Numbered from the stretch's first letter, positions 1 to 10,115 are shown. The stretch is 45,821 bases of DNA from Planctomycetota bacterium (GCA_036338595.1 JAYZBV010000092.1:1-45821); one strand, 5' to 3'. The notes: a model not told the origin generated them from the letters alone. Translations and numbers: made by a program.

Positions 1-83
1 AGATCAAGAAAGAGAGCGGCCTCACCGGGTCAAGCCGACGAGGCCTCTATTTCGCACAGTTCAGGGTCGAGAACGATTCTCGA

Positions 84-332
84 TCACTCTTCCGCAAGTA
101 CTCCTCCTTCTGCCAGCAACGACTGATCAATCCACTGGAACAGTTCATCCATGTTGAAGATGTTACCCTGGTCATTATCAGGATCAGGGCCCGGCTCATC
201 GAAGGGGGCCGATGGTGGAGATCCACCGCCGAACAGGGAATTGAGGGTGGTGGTGGGCACCAAGGCGAGCAAGAGAAATGAAAACGTGAAGAGACGATAG
301 ATCGTCTTTTCACTGACAGTTGGGTAGGTCAT
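84..332 (-). CDS. small hypothetical protein with one hydrophobic segment and an acidic tail
   Basis: 82-aa ORF, ATG preceded by GAGG. Hydrophobic stretch LFTFSFLLLALVP. A GGCCTC/GAGGCC hairpin (18-45) followed by a U-rich run on the minus strand lies downstream. No recognised homology. Confidence 0.4.
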   Translation of the reverse strand: MTYPTVSEKTIYRLFTFSFLLLALVPTTTLNSLFGGGSPPSAPFDEPGPDPDNDQGNIFNMDELFQWIDQSLLAEGGVLAEE

Positions 333-478
333 GAAGACCTCATTCCAGAGGGCTGTCGGTCGTTCGCCCCCGTGGTGAAGACCGCCCGATTCAGGCTCAG
401 GAAGGGCGCATCCGCAGAATTGACACTGCCGGACCGAAATTCTCGCGGTCGCCTCCGTATCGTGTCCTTGAGGTAGAT

Positions 479-508
479 TTGACAGGCGAGGTCGATATGA
501 ACTACCGT
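479..508 (+). promoter_or_regulatory. putative sigma70 promoter for the 555..743 gene
   Basis: TTGACA (479-484), 18-nt spacer, TACCGT (503-508). An ACTACC/GGTAGT inverted repeat (501-506/522-527) overlaps the -10 element. Confidence 0.4.
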
Positions 509-554
509 CCTTGCATGCGGGGGTAGTCCCTGTGTGCAGAGGGGAGAACGGGAA

Positions 555-743
555 ATGGGAAATAACTTAGGGGGCTCGGTTTTTTCCGGAGTGATCGGCG
601 GAATCGTTGCCGTGGTCTGCTGGTACCTGGTGAACATGGCGGTTGCTGAGCCAAATGTCTACGTCGCTGTGGCATTGTCTGGCTTCTTCGGTTCCTTTTT
701 CGCATCGATTTATGCAGCGAAGACCGAAAAGATCGAAGCCTAG
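555..743 (+). CDS. small two-TM membrane protein
   Basis: GGAG RBS before ATG 555. Two hydrophobic Gly-rich helices. Followed by a strong intrinsic terminator. Confidence 0.7.
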   Translation: MGNNLGGSVFSGVIGGIVAVVCWYLVNMAVAEPNVYVAVALSGFFGSFFASIYAAKTEKIEA

Positions 744-772
744 TTACAGCCAGCAGGACTTGATTCTGATGC

Positions 773-814
773 GGGGGACGGTGCCTCAACAGGCGCACCG
801 TCCCCCTCTTTTTT
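773..814 (+). terminator. rho-independent terminator
   Basis: 12-bp perfect stem GGGGGACGGTGC (773-784)/GCACCGTCCCCC (795-806) followed by TCTTTTTT. Confidence 0.85.
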
Positions 815-945
815 CAGCGTAGTTAAGTCAGCATCTCTGCCAGAGCGTCCGAAATCTGGACCCATTGATCTCAAAATCGATGCGTTGAACCGCTGTGCAG
901 GCGTTCTAGAATGTGGCTGTAGCGGAACTCTGGAAGGAAGCTCGG

Positions 946-2778
946 ATGAATAAATTCGCCATCGCCATCGCTCTCTTGTTGCTGTGGTCCTGCGCAACAT
1001 GGATTCCAGGACCCATCGATATCGCAAACTCACAATCCCAGCAACAATCCACCGACCGGGAGGACCACCCAGGCGGATCAATTGATGCAACGCTGCCGCA
1101 ACTGCGTGCGATGATTGAATTGTATTCTGCGGATCGTCGCAATATCGATCGTTTCTATGACGCTCCGATGTCTCCCATCTCCTCGCAGCAAGCCAGCGAA
1201 TACCTGGAACACTGGCAGCAGGTTCTGTCGACTCTTGATTTCGATAACCTCGAACATGAGCAGAAGATCGATCATCTGCTGTTTCAGAACGACCTTCGAT
1301 ATCGACTCCGATCAATTCAGTACCAGCAGCAAAAAGAGAAGCAAATCCAGGAATTTGTGCCCTTTGCCAGCTCGATCATCGAATTGCAGGAAAACAGAAG
1401 GAAAGTAATTCCTGTGGTGGGGAAACAGATCGCCACGGTTCTGACCGAACTCGAGAAGGCTGTGAAGGAAACCAGGAAATCGATCGAGCTCAGATTGAAG
1501 GAAGCGGAGCAAGAAGAGGTGGTTTTCGAGAAGTCTGTAGCCCATCGCGCGAACCGGATGGTGAATCGTCTGCAGCGGACCCTTTCTGGCTGGTATCGAT
1601 TCTATGACGGGTACGATCCGCTCTTCACCTGGTGGGTCGAGAAGCCCTACAACGATCTGGATAAGACCCTCAAGGACTACTCGAAATTCATCCGCAGCAA
1701 GGTGGTGGGAATCAAGGATGATGACGACCCACCCATCATCGGGGACCCCGTGGGTCGTGATGAACTGTTGAGCATGCTTGAACACGAGATGATTGCCTAC
1801 TCCCCGGAGCAATTGATCGAAATCGCCCGAACCGAGTTCGAGTGGTGTCGCAAGGAGATGCTACGTGCCTCTAACGATCTGGGATTCGATGATGATTGGC
1901 GAGCTGCGCTGAATCACGTCAAGGAGCTGCATGTCGATCCAGGTCAGCAGCCTGACCTGATCAAGGAGCTGGCAAACGAGGCGGTAGAGTTTCTCGAGCA
2001 GCGAGATCTGGTCACGATCCCGGACCTTTGCAAGGAAACCTGGCGCATGGAGATGCTGTCAGCAGCGAGACAGAAGACCAGCCCATATTTTCTGGGTGGC
2101 GAAACCATCATGGTCGCTTTTCCTACACACGAGATGGAACACGAGGACAAGCAGATGAGCATGCGTGGCAACAATCGGCACTTTGCCCGAGCCACGGTTC
2201 ATCACGAGTTGATTCCAGGACATCACCTGCAGGGATTCATGACCAGCCGGCATCGAACTCACCGCCGCGCCTTCGGCACTCCCTTCTGGATGGAAGGGTG
2301 GGCGCTTTACTGGGAGATGCTGCTGTGGAACAAGGAGTTCGCCGAGTCCGCGGAGAATCGCGTCGGGATGCTCTTCTGGCGAACTCACCGCTGTGCTCGG
2401 ATCATCTTCTCTCTCAGCTACCATCTCGGAAAGATGACGGCGGATGAGGCGATCGACTTCCTGGTCGAAAATGTCGGCCATGAACGCAACAACGCCACAG
2501 CAGAAGTGAGACGCTCGGTCAGCGGCAGCTACGGCCCGCTCTACCAGGCGGCCTACATGCTCGGAGGGCTGCAGCTGATGGCTCTTCACGGGGAACTGGT
2601 CGATTCAGGCCAGATGAGCGATCGTGAGTTTCATGATCGGGTGCTGAAGAACAACTCGATTCCCATCGAGATGGTTCGGGCGGCTCTCAGCGGTGTCGAG
2701 TTGAAGCGTAATCACCGACCGACATGGCAGTTCTACGGTGCAGTGGATGAAGTCAGGAACGAGCCAGCCGGAGAGTGA
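946..2778 (+). CDS. DUF885 family exported protein (putative metallopeptidase-like, possible lipoprotein)
   Basis: N-terminal signal MNKFAIAIALLLLWSC. Motifs HHELIPGHHLQ, FWMEGWALYWE and QAAYMLG are typical of DUF885. GGAAG-type RBS before ATG 946. Confidence 0.85.
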   Translation: MNKFAIAIALLLLWSCATWIPGPIDIANSQSQQQSTDREDHPGGSIDATLPQLRAMIELYSADRRNIDRFYDAPMSPISSQQASEYLEHWQQVLSTLDFDNLEHEQKIDHLLFQNDLRYRLRSIQYQQQKEKQIQEFVPFASSIIELQENRRKVIPVVGKQIATVLTELEKAVKETRKSIELRLKEAEQEEVVFEKSVAHRANRMVNRLQRTLSGWYRFYDGYDPLFTWWVEKPYNDLDKTLKDYSKFIRSKVVGIKDDDDPPIIGDPVGRDELLSMLEHEMIAYSPEQLIEIARTEFEWCRKEMLRASNDLGFDDDWRAALNHVKELHVDPGQQPDLIKELANEAVEFLEQRDLVTIPDLCKETWRMEMLSAARQKTSPYFLGGETIMVAFPTHEMEHEDKQMSMRGNNRHFARATVHHELIPGHHLQGFMTSRHRTHRRAFGTPFWMEGWALYWEMLLWNKEFAESAENRVGMLFWRTHRCARIIFSLSYHLGKMTADEAIDFLVENVGHERNNATAEVRRSVSGSYGPLYQAAYMLGGLQLMALHGELVDSGQMSDREFHDRVLKNNSIPIEMVRAALSGVELKRNHRPTWQFYGAVDEVRNEPAGE

Positions 2779-2811
2779 ACTCTCTCCGGCTGACACGACC
2801 CCGATGTCTTG

Positions 2812-3237
2812 CTAGCAGTTGCAAAAGAGCGGCTGATAGCTCTTGCGATGGCACCAGGCCAGAACCAGATGCACCGCAGAGAGCCCGAGGGCCATCTGCA
2901 GGCCATTGGGTTCCACGTAGAGATGATACCCAACGATGTTGACCAGAACCGGACTCAATAGAATCAGCCCGAAGGCGCTCATCCGGCTCGAAGCGATCAA
3001 CAATCCACTGGCCGCCTGAGTGGCAAAGATCAGGTTGGACATGTATCCACTGGCGGTGATTCCAGCCCAGAACGCGCCGGTCGCCTCGGGATCGGTGGCA
3101 GGTTGGTCACCCCCTGGTGAGAACCAATGAAAAAAACCATTGAGTCCCATCAGGATGAAAAACCCTCCGTAGAGTCCTTGCAGGATCAAGATCACGATGT
3201 GCTGTCCCTGTTTGGCAGCACCTTCTTTGTTATTCAT
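2812..3237 (-). CDS. DoxX-like membrane protein
   Basis: AAGGAG RBS before ATG 3237. Four hydrophobic segments. Pattern G.FF..GLNGFF.W...ASGY...LL.PV.VNI..YH is typical of DoxX-like proteins. Confidence 0.75.
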   Translation of the reverse strand: MNNKEGAAKQGQHIVILILQGLYGGFFILMGLNGFFHWFSPGGDQPATDPEATGAFWAGITASGYMSNLIFATQAASGLLIASSRMSAFGLILLSPVLVNIVGYHLYVEPNGLQMALGLSAVHLVLAWCHRKSYQPLFCNC

Positions 3238-3412
3238 CTTTGCTCCTTCTCGCTGAGGTTCGGGGAGCCAATCTACAGGAATCGCTGAAATTTCAACCGC
3301 GAATTGTCGACATTGTGCCGCGATATTTCGGGACCCTTCGACCTGGTTTATACAGGTTGCTCTCCCCTGGGGCCCACTGAAGCCATAGGATACCTGCTGA
3401 CGGAGGAACCTC

Positions 3413-5701
3413 ATGAATCGATGGCTCATCTGTACCTGCACTCTCTTCTGTGCCGGCATTCCTGGATCTGCTCAAGAGGGCGGGGAAACTCAAGAGGGCG
3501 GCTGGCGACTGGCCGATAGCCCGAGCACCTACCTTCGCGAGCATTCGGAGAATCCAGTCGAATGGTACCCCTGGGGTGAAGAAGCATTCGAGCAGGCGCG
3601 AAAACTTGATCGGCCCATCTTCCTGTCGATTGGATATTCATCCTGTCACTGGTGTCACGTGATGCGTCGTGAATCCTTTTCGGATGCATCCATCGCTGCA
3701 TTCATGAACGAGAACTTCATCTCCATCAAGGTCGACAGGGAAGACCTTCCGCATGTCGATGATACCTACATGGATGCAGTGCGTGCGATGACGGGGGGAG
3801 GAGGGTGGCCCCTTTCTGCTTTTCTGCTGCACGATCTGAAGCCCTTCTTCGGCGGTACATACTTTCCGCCGAGAGCTAGATTCAACCGGCCTGGCTTCAT
3901 GGAAATCCTCGGATCCATCGCACGAGTATGGAAAGAGGACCGCGAGAGCATCACCGAGAGTGCCGAGAAACTCAATGCGCATCTACTCAAGAGATCCACA
4001 CGGAGTTTTGAAGGCATTGTTCCGGAGGGATATCTCAGCGGTGGTATCGAGTCTGCTGCGAACAGTTACACGCCGGATCCCGCTGGTTTCGGCAAGGCGC
4101 CGAGGTTTCCCAACCCACGCTTGCTGCAATACCTCGTGGGAGAGGGGATGATGCGGGGTGATCAGGCCTCCATCGATCGCGGTGTGTCGGTGCTTCGTGC
4201 GATGGCTGCGGGAGGCATCTACGACCAGGTCGGTGGAGGCTTCCACCGCTACAGCGTCGATGCGCAGTGGCAAGTGCCACACTTCGAGAAGATGCTCTAC
4301 AACCAGGGATCACTGGCCGAGAGTTATTTCGAGGTGGGAAGACTCACTGCTGATTCGAGCCTGACGGCGGTCGGAACGGCGACCCTGGATGCGTTGCTGG
4401 AACAGTTCCAGTTACCCGATGGTGGCTTTGCCGGTTCCTGGGATGCGGATTCCGGTGGTGTAGAGGGTTCTTACTACGTCTGGACTCCAGCACAGGTGCA
4501 GGAAGTGGTGGGTGAGGACTCGAGTGCCATGATCTGCAAGGTGCTCGGGATCGTCGAGCACGGCAACTTCGAGGGCGGTGAGGCGAGCGTCGCTCGCCAT
4601 GCGATGTCGGTGGAATCTGCGGCCAGTGAACTCTCCATCGAGGTGGATCAGGCCAACAAGTGGTTTGCTGATGGAGTCGCAAAGATGAAACAGGCGCGAA
4701 CCGACAGGGTCGCACCGAAGCGCGATCCCAAGGTGGTGCTCGGCTGGAATGCGCTCGCCATCTCTGCACTGGCTCGAGGCGCTGCGCTGCTGGATGAACC
4801 CAGGTACCGCCAGGCGGCTGTCGGCGCATTCTCTTCGATGAAGGGATCACTGGTACTCGATGATGGTTTCCTGCGCCGCAGAGACTATCCCGCTGGTGTG
4901 AACGAAAACGACGATTCCGGATCTGCAGTTGCGCAGGTCTCAGGTAATCCAGCAACCCTTCAGGACGCAGCATTGTGGATGAAGTGCTGCCTCGACCTCT
5001 ACGAAGCGACCTTCGAGCCCTCGTTCGTGGCAGAGGCGATTCGTTCGTGGCAACTGATCGAGCAGCAGTTCGGGCCGCTGGAAGAAGATGCAGGGCTCTT
5101 CGAGGCTCCCGCCGGGGCAGAAGTACTTCTCGGAAGACGCCAGGAATTCTTCGACGGTGCCATCCCCTCGGGTAATGCCACCGTGGCCCGGTCGCTGCTT
5201 CGCCTCCATGAGCTCACCGGTATCGGTGCCCATCAGGAAGCCGCAGAACACATCATCTTTGCAGGGCTTCGATCGATCGGCCCCTACCCGACTGGATCCG
5301 CAGAGTTGTTACTGGCGGTTCAGGCACTGGTGAGATCGACTCCTGCCGTGGCAGTGGCAGGCGATCCTGCATCGCCGCACACGCGAGCGCTGCTCGATGC
5401 GGTGGCGCACTCGACGGTGCCCTTTCCCGTGCTCGCATTGAGACCCCCAGGAGAGGCAGGATCCAGCGCTGAAAAGGTGATGGCACTGCTGACCGATCGG
5501 ACGCAGATAGATGGAGTGGCCACAGCTTACCTCTGTGTCGACCAGGTTTGCGATCTGCCAACGACAGATGTCGATGCGCTGTCAAAGAGATTGCTCGAAC
5601 TTGCTGCCGAAAAATCTTCTGAAGTCGAAGAGGCGCCTGTGGATGAAAATGAGAACTCTGCGCCTGAATCCAGTGGTGTGCCCGAGACCAAGGACCCTTG
5701 A
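3413..5701 (+). CDS. thioredoxin domain-containing protein (DUF255/YyaL/SSP411 family)
   Basis: SPSTYLREHSENPVEWYPW, GYSSCHWCHVM, IKVDRE, GGGWPL, GGTYFPP, GGFHRYSVD..W.VPHFEKMLY, DGAIPSGN. GGAGG RBS and an N-terminal signal-like segment. Confidence 0.92.
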   Translation: MNRWLICTCTLFCAGIPGSAQEGGETQEGGWRLADSPSTYLREHSENPVEWYPWGEEAFEQARKLDRPIFLSIGYSSCHWCHVMRRESFSDASIAAFMNENFISIKVDREDLPHVDDTYMDAVRAMTGGGGWPLSAFLLHDLKPFFGGTYFPPRARFNRPGFMEILGSIARVWKEDRESITESAEKLNAHLLKRSTRSFEGIVPEGYLSGGIESAANSYTPDPAGFGKAPRFPNPRLLQYLVGEGMMRGDQASIDRGVSVLRAMAAGGIYDQVGGGFHRYSVDAQWQVPHFEKMLYNQGSLAESYFEVGRLTADSSLTAVGTATLDALLEQFQLPDGGFAGSWDADSGGVEGSYYVWTPAQVQEVVGEDSSAMICKVLGIVEHGNFEGGEASVARHAMSVESAASELSIEVDQANKWFADGVAKMKQARTDRVAPKRDPKVVLGWNALAISALARGAALLDEPRYRQAAVGAFSSMKGSLVLDDGFLRRRDYPAGVNENDDSGSAVAQVSGNPATLQDAALWMKCCLDLYEATFEPSFVAEAIRSWQLIEQQFGPLEEDAGLFEAPAGAEVLLGRRQEFFDGAIPSGNATVARSLLRLHELTGIGAHQEAAEHIIFAGLRSIGPYPTGSAELLLAVQALVRSTPAVAVAGDPASPHTRALLDAVAHSTVPFPVLALRPPGEAGSSAEKVMALLTDRTQIDGVATAYLCVDQVCDLPTTDVDALSKRLLELAAEKSSEVEEAPVDENENSAPESSGVPETKDP

Positions 5702-5748
5702 TGATCCAACTTCTCGGACTGGTCTACCGCGCAGGGGATCGAAACTAG

Positions 5749-6225
5749 ATGGCAGTTGAACTCCAACTGGTCGTCGATGCGGATGGTTGTCCTGTGAAGG
5801 ACGAAGTGGTCAAGGTCGCGAAGCGACTCGGCTTTGCTGTCATCTTCGTCGCGAACCGTCAGATGCGAATTCCCCAGGGTCCTCGTTGTAGACTTCAGGT
5901 GGTCGCCGACCTCTTTGATGCTGCGGACGACTGGATCGCAGAGCATTGCGATGCGAAGACGGTGGTCGTGACGGGCGATATTCCGCTCGCAGCACGTTGC
6001 GTCGCCGCCGGCTCGGAAGTGGTTTCTCCCCATGGCAGAATTCTTGATGAGGAGTCGGTCGGGGAAGCCCTCGCCAGGAGGGACCTGGCGACTCACCTCA
6101 GAGATCTCGGGTTACCCACATCGGGGCCATCGCCCTTTGATCCTCGCGATCGATCCGCCTTCTTGCAGGCTCTGGACCGGGTGATCCAGGGAGTATTGAG
6201 AAGAATCGAGCGCACAGGTTCCTGA
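5749..6225 (+). CDS. yaiI: YaiI/YqxD family protein (UPF0178)
   Basis: VDADGCPVKDE, FDAADDWI, VVTGDIPLAARC, F...DRSAFLQALD. Confidence 0.9.
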   Translation: MAVELQLVVDADGCPVKDEVVKVAKRLGFAVIFVANRQMRIPQGPRCRLQVVADLFDAADDWIAEHCDAKTVVVTGDIPLAARCVAAGSEVVSPHGRILDEESVGEALARRDLATHLRDLGLPTSGPSPFDPRDRSAFLQALDRVIQGVLRRIERTGS

Positions 6226-6248
6226 TCGATCAGACCGAGCCGAGCCCG

Positions 6249-7238
6249 TTAGCAACTGCCGGGTTCAGTGGCACAGTCGATGGAGTCAGCGGTGGGGTCG
6301 ATGTCACAGCTTCCAAATGGAGATGCAGGTGGTGCTCCCCCGGTGAAGAGGTAATCGAGAATCAGGATCGGGTCGGCGATATTGAGGGTTCCATCATCAT
6401 TGGTGTCGGCGGCGTCGAAACAGCCGGGTTCGGCACCTCCTGTGAATAGATATGCCAGCATGTTGACTCCGTCTGCAATATCCATCGCCCCGTCCTCATT
6501 GAGATCACCGCGCTGGAATGTGGGACCGGATGTGGGATAGACAAGTTGACACGAGACGAAGGTCAGAACAAATTCAACGGAGTACGCATCGTTGACCATA
6601 TCCCCATCGAGATCGACATCTGGATTGACTCCGAAGAAGGCGAGAACTTCTGTCAGGGTATCGTAGTTGAACGGGAATCCATCAAAGGGGGCTGGAGCGG
6701 GAATGGCATCGAATACCTCCACGGGAATCGCTGCAGCGATGGGAGGAGTGATCATCTCTGTGCCTCCCATCGATATTGTGCCTTCCAGTAATGCACCAGG
6801 GATGATGATCCCTCCGCCCAGATCCAGGTCTGCAGGGCCTGCGACAAGTTCACCGCCTGTGATCGATCCGGGGGTGAAGACGGTCAGTGGATTTCCATCG
6901 GCATCGAGACCGAGCGGGTCGACCTCGAACAGATTATCTCCATCGAAATCATTGGTAGGATCGCCATCGACATCGATACCCGGGAAAGATGCCACTTCTA
7001 CCTCGTCGTCATCCTGCATCGTAGGGTCATCGAGTAATTGCACCTCGAGCAGGTTACGGAACACTCCGCTATCGAACTGGCTCTGAAGAAAGGGATTGAG
7101 CAGATCAGAAACGGTACCCAGTTCGCCGCCGACGATTTCGACACCCGAAGCGACGAAGGCGGTGTCGATCGGCTCACCGGATTGGGCGGGAGACCAGCAC
7201 AGAAACAGTGCCGAGGCCAGAATCACGGATCTGCACAT
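6249..7238 (-). CDS. secreted acidic protein with C-terminal dockerin-like module
   Basis: AGGAGG RBS before ATG 7238 and a signal peptide. C-terminal FQRGDLNEDGAMDIAD...CFDAADTNDDGTLNIAD...DPTADSIDC. N-terminal domain unrecognised, with DxDGD Ca-binding-like motifs. Confidence 0.8.
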   Translation of the reverse strand: MCRSVILASALFLCWSPAQSGEPIDTAFVASGVEIVGGELGTVSDLLNPFLQSQFDSGVFRNLLEVQLLDDPTMQDDDEVEVASFPGIDVDGDPTNDFDGDNLFEVDPLGLDADGNPLTVFTPGSITGGELVAGPADLDLGGGIIIPGALLEGTISMGGTEMITPPIAAAIPVEVFDAIPAPAPFDGFPFNYDTLTEVLAFFGVNPDVDLDGDMVNDAYSVEFVLTFVSCQLVYPTSGPTFQRGDLNEDGAMDIADGVNMLAYLFTGGAEPGCFDAADTNDDGTLNIADPILILDYLFTGGAPPASPFGSCDIDPTADSIDCATEPGSC

Positions 7239-7391
7239 GATATTCCTCCTGGAGACCAATCCTGCCCGGTTCCGATCGGGGAGAGGGGGCCTCAGGTTCC
7301 ATTCTACCAGCCCTGATCCAGTCTCAAACCGGGGGTCGTGCTGGGAATTATGACTGATACGATGAAGTGGTAGAGCCAGGAGGTGACCAGG

Positions 7392-10046
7392 ATGCGTCGT
7401 ATCGGCGGTATTGTGCTGCTTCTCTTCATCACGGCGAGCCCCCTGGCTGCGGCTGATATCCCTTTTCTCAGGGGCGATGCCAATGTCGATGGAAGAGTCG
7501 ACCTCTCCGATGGAATCTGGTTATTGCAGCACCTGTTCGGCGGTGGTCCAGCGGGAGAGTGCGGTGCTGCCATGGATACCAACGCAGACGGCGATGTGGA
7601 CCTCGCCGATGCAACACTCATCATCGGTTTCAGGCTCCTCGATGGTCGTGCTCCCGGATACCCATTTCCATATTGTGGCATCTCTGCCATCGGAGAGTGT
7701 GCCAGTTATAGCGTCTGTCCTGAAGTGCCTGATGTGTCGGTGACGCGGGATGAGCAGGGGGTCTGGTTCATCGAAGGCGGCGATCAATACCAGCTCTACG
7801 AGGCTTTTGGATACGAGGTGGCAACAGATCGCCTCTGGCAATCGGAGTTATTCAGACGCCTCTCGAGTGGAAGACTCACGGAGATCCTCGGCCCTGACCA
7901 GTTGAATACAGACATCGCGATCACCTTGCTTGGATACTCCGACGAGGAATTGTACGAGGGATTTGAACAGGTTTCAGAACTGGGGCAACTTGTCGTTCTG
8001 GCATACATCGATGGAATGAACCGTCGTATCGAAGAAGTCACTGCCAACCCTGAGCTGATTCCATACGAATTTTATCAGTTAGAGATCCAGCCGGAGCCGT
8101 GGACGATACCGGACGTCATGAAATTACAGGTGACCCTTCTGAGGAACTTCGATTCGGAGGCTCTCGCAACTCACCAGCTGGATAATGCGCTTCTACTGGC
8201 CGAGTTACTGGAAGAACATCCGATCGACGGCAACGACATGTTTGATGATCTGCGCTGGCTCGATGATCCAGAAGCGCCCACGATGATCCCGCCCGAGGAC
8301 TTTGCGGTTCCTTTCCTGGCAAGCACTGAAGCGCCACAGCCACAACCACAACAGTATCGAATTGAAAATTTGCGTGCGCTGAGAGACCGCGTCGACGATG
8401 TGTTTTCAGGGACCGCCAGGCGTCTGGCAGCCATCGGCTCACCCATTCGCCTTGGCAGTTACGCCTGGGTGGTCTCCGGAGATCTCACCGAGAGTGGTCG
8501 TCCGGTGCTGTAGTCCGGACCCCAGATGGATTTCGGTGCTCCCGGCATCATCGTCGAGGGCTCACTCCGGGGCGCCGGGATCGATGTTTCGGGGATGGCG
8601 TTGGCTGGTTTACCAGGAGTGATCATCGGCAGGACTCCCCGCCACGCATGGTCAGGGCAAGTGGCTCATCCTCATACCGTGGACATCTATCTGGACGATG
8701 CGGACGATCTGTTTTTGCACAGGGTAGAGACGATTCCGCTCGGCAATGATCAGTTCCTGGACCTTCCTGTGTACAGAACACAACACGGCCCGGTGGTCGC
8801 TCCCCTGATCCTGAATCCCGACACAGTGGAGGGTCCAGTTGCGAGCTGGAAGTACTCCCACTGGGGCAAGGAATTGAACACCATCGATGTGAATCTCGAT
8901 TTCATCATGGCACGAAACATCGATGACTTCGGTGATGCCATGGATCGTTTTTGTGTCGGACTTCACGTTTGTTACGCAGATCGGCGTGGAAATATCGGGT
9001 ACTGGATGGCAGGACTGGATCCTGTGCGGACCGATCAGGGAGATCCAAGACTGCCCCAGGTCGGGGATGGAACGATGGAGTGGACCGAGCCGGTCACCTA
9101 CAAGCCGCGCAAGACGATCAGGAATCCCGAGCGAGGCTGGATCGGTGGCTGGAACAACAAGGCCGGGGGAGGTGCTGCAGGGGGAGCCCATCCCGGCAAC
9201 GCCTACGGTCGCTTCCACAGGGCCCACGCGATTCAGGACCGTCTGGCGGACGCAGTCGAGGAAGGGCCGCTCTCCTTTGACTGGATCCGCGATCTGGCAC
9301 CCGAGATCAGTGCTACCGATTGTTGCAACCTGGGTAGAAGTGGCGGAAACCGTTGGTTCTTCGTCCAGGATGCCTTCGTCCAGGCGGTGGAATCGGATGC
9401 GACACTCGAGAGACTCGATGCGCTGGCGTTACTGGGAGAGTGGGACGGCTATTTCGTTCCAGGGGGTCCGGATGGTTGGATCGACGGCCTCGTTGAGGAG
9501 GACGCATGGACACTGCAGGATCAGTGGATTCTCCGTGTACTCGAACTGACCTTCGAGGATGAACTGGACACCGATAGCCTCGAGTGGAGCCACCAGGATC
9601 GGAATCTGCTCTTCAATGTGTTGATCCGTGCGTTGCCGGGATCGGACACGTTGCTCCAGAACCGGGTCGATTGGTTCATGAATCGCAGTTTGATACCGAA
9701 ACCGACCGATGCGGCCGGCATCATCGTGCTCGCCCTCGACGACACGCTGGCGCAACTGGGGCCACGTCCATGGAATCAACCGCGTGCCACCATCGACTAC
9801 GTGGGTACGGTGGTTGGTGAGGTGTGGAGCGCTCCATGGCTCGATCGATCGACCTACGCACAAGTGGTCGAGATCGGTTCACAGGGTCCGGTTCGGATCG
9901 AGTCGATGATTCCTCTGGGAGAGTCAGGTGCCATCTACATGGGCCCGACGGGGGAGCCTGTGTTCGACGAGTTCTATTTCGGTTTCACGGAGATCTTCGA
10001 CGGATTTCAGCCTCGTCCCTTCCCGACCTTCGAGAGTGAACCTTAG
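7392..10046 (+). pseudogene. penicillin acylase family (Ntn-hydrolase) protein with N-terminal dockerin-like module, interrupted by one in-frame TAG at 8511-8513 (pseudogene, sequence error or readthrough)
   Basis: AGGAGGT RBS, signal peptide, dockerin-like FLRGDANVDG. Alpha-chain motifs VTRDEQGV and FGYEVATDRLWQ. Beta-chain start G|SYAWVVSG..TESGRPVL*SGPQM, then IIGRT, YADRRGNIGY and WNNK. ORFs 7383-8513 and 8526-10046 are in the same frame. Confidence 0.85.
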
Positions 10047-10115
10047 AACAGCCATCTCGAGGGCCAGTCCGCATTGTCTGAAGAGGCGCATCTCGGTTGC
10101 GGTTACAATGAGGCC

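Noticed and set aside
3345..3358. SOS (LexA) box-like CTGGTTTATACAG
   Set aside because: Spacing is CTG-N7-CAG rather than CTG-N10-CAG, and the flanking genes are not DNA-repair genes.
8511..8513. Genome-wide TAG reassignment (alternative genetic code)
   Set aside because: Many genes here end at TAG at their expected C-termini (743, 2812, 10046, 11114, 15887, 21457, 26756, 31852, 33969, 42812, 43782). The three C-terminal dockerin-like modules end at equivalent positions with TAA, TGA and TAG.
7383..10046. Natural two-gene (alpha + beta) acylase
   Set aside because: The break falls 18 residues after the nucleophilic Ser rather than at the alpha/beta junction. The second ORF has no signal peptide or clear RBS and would lack Ser-beta1 and Gln-beta23.
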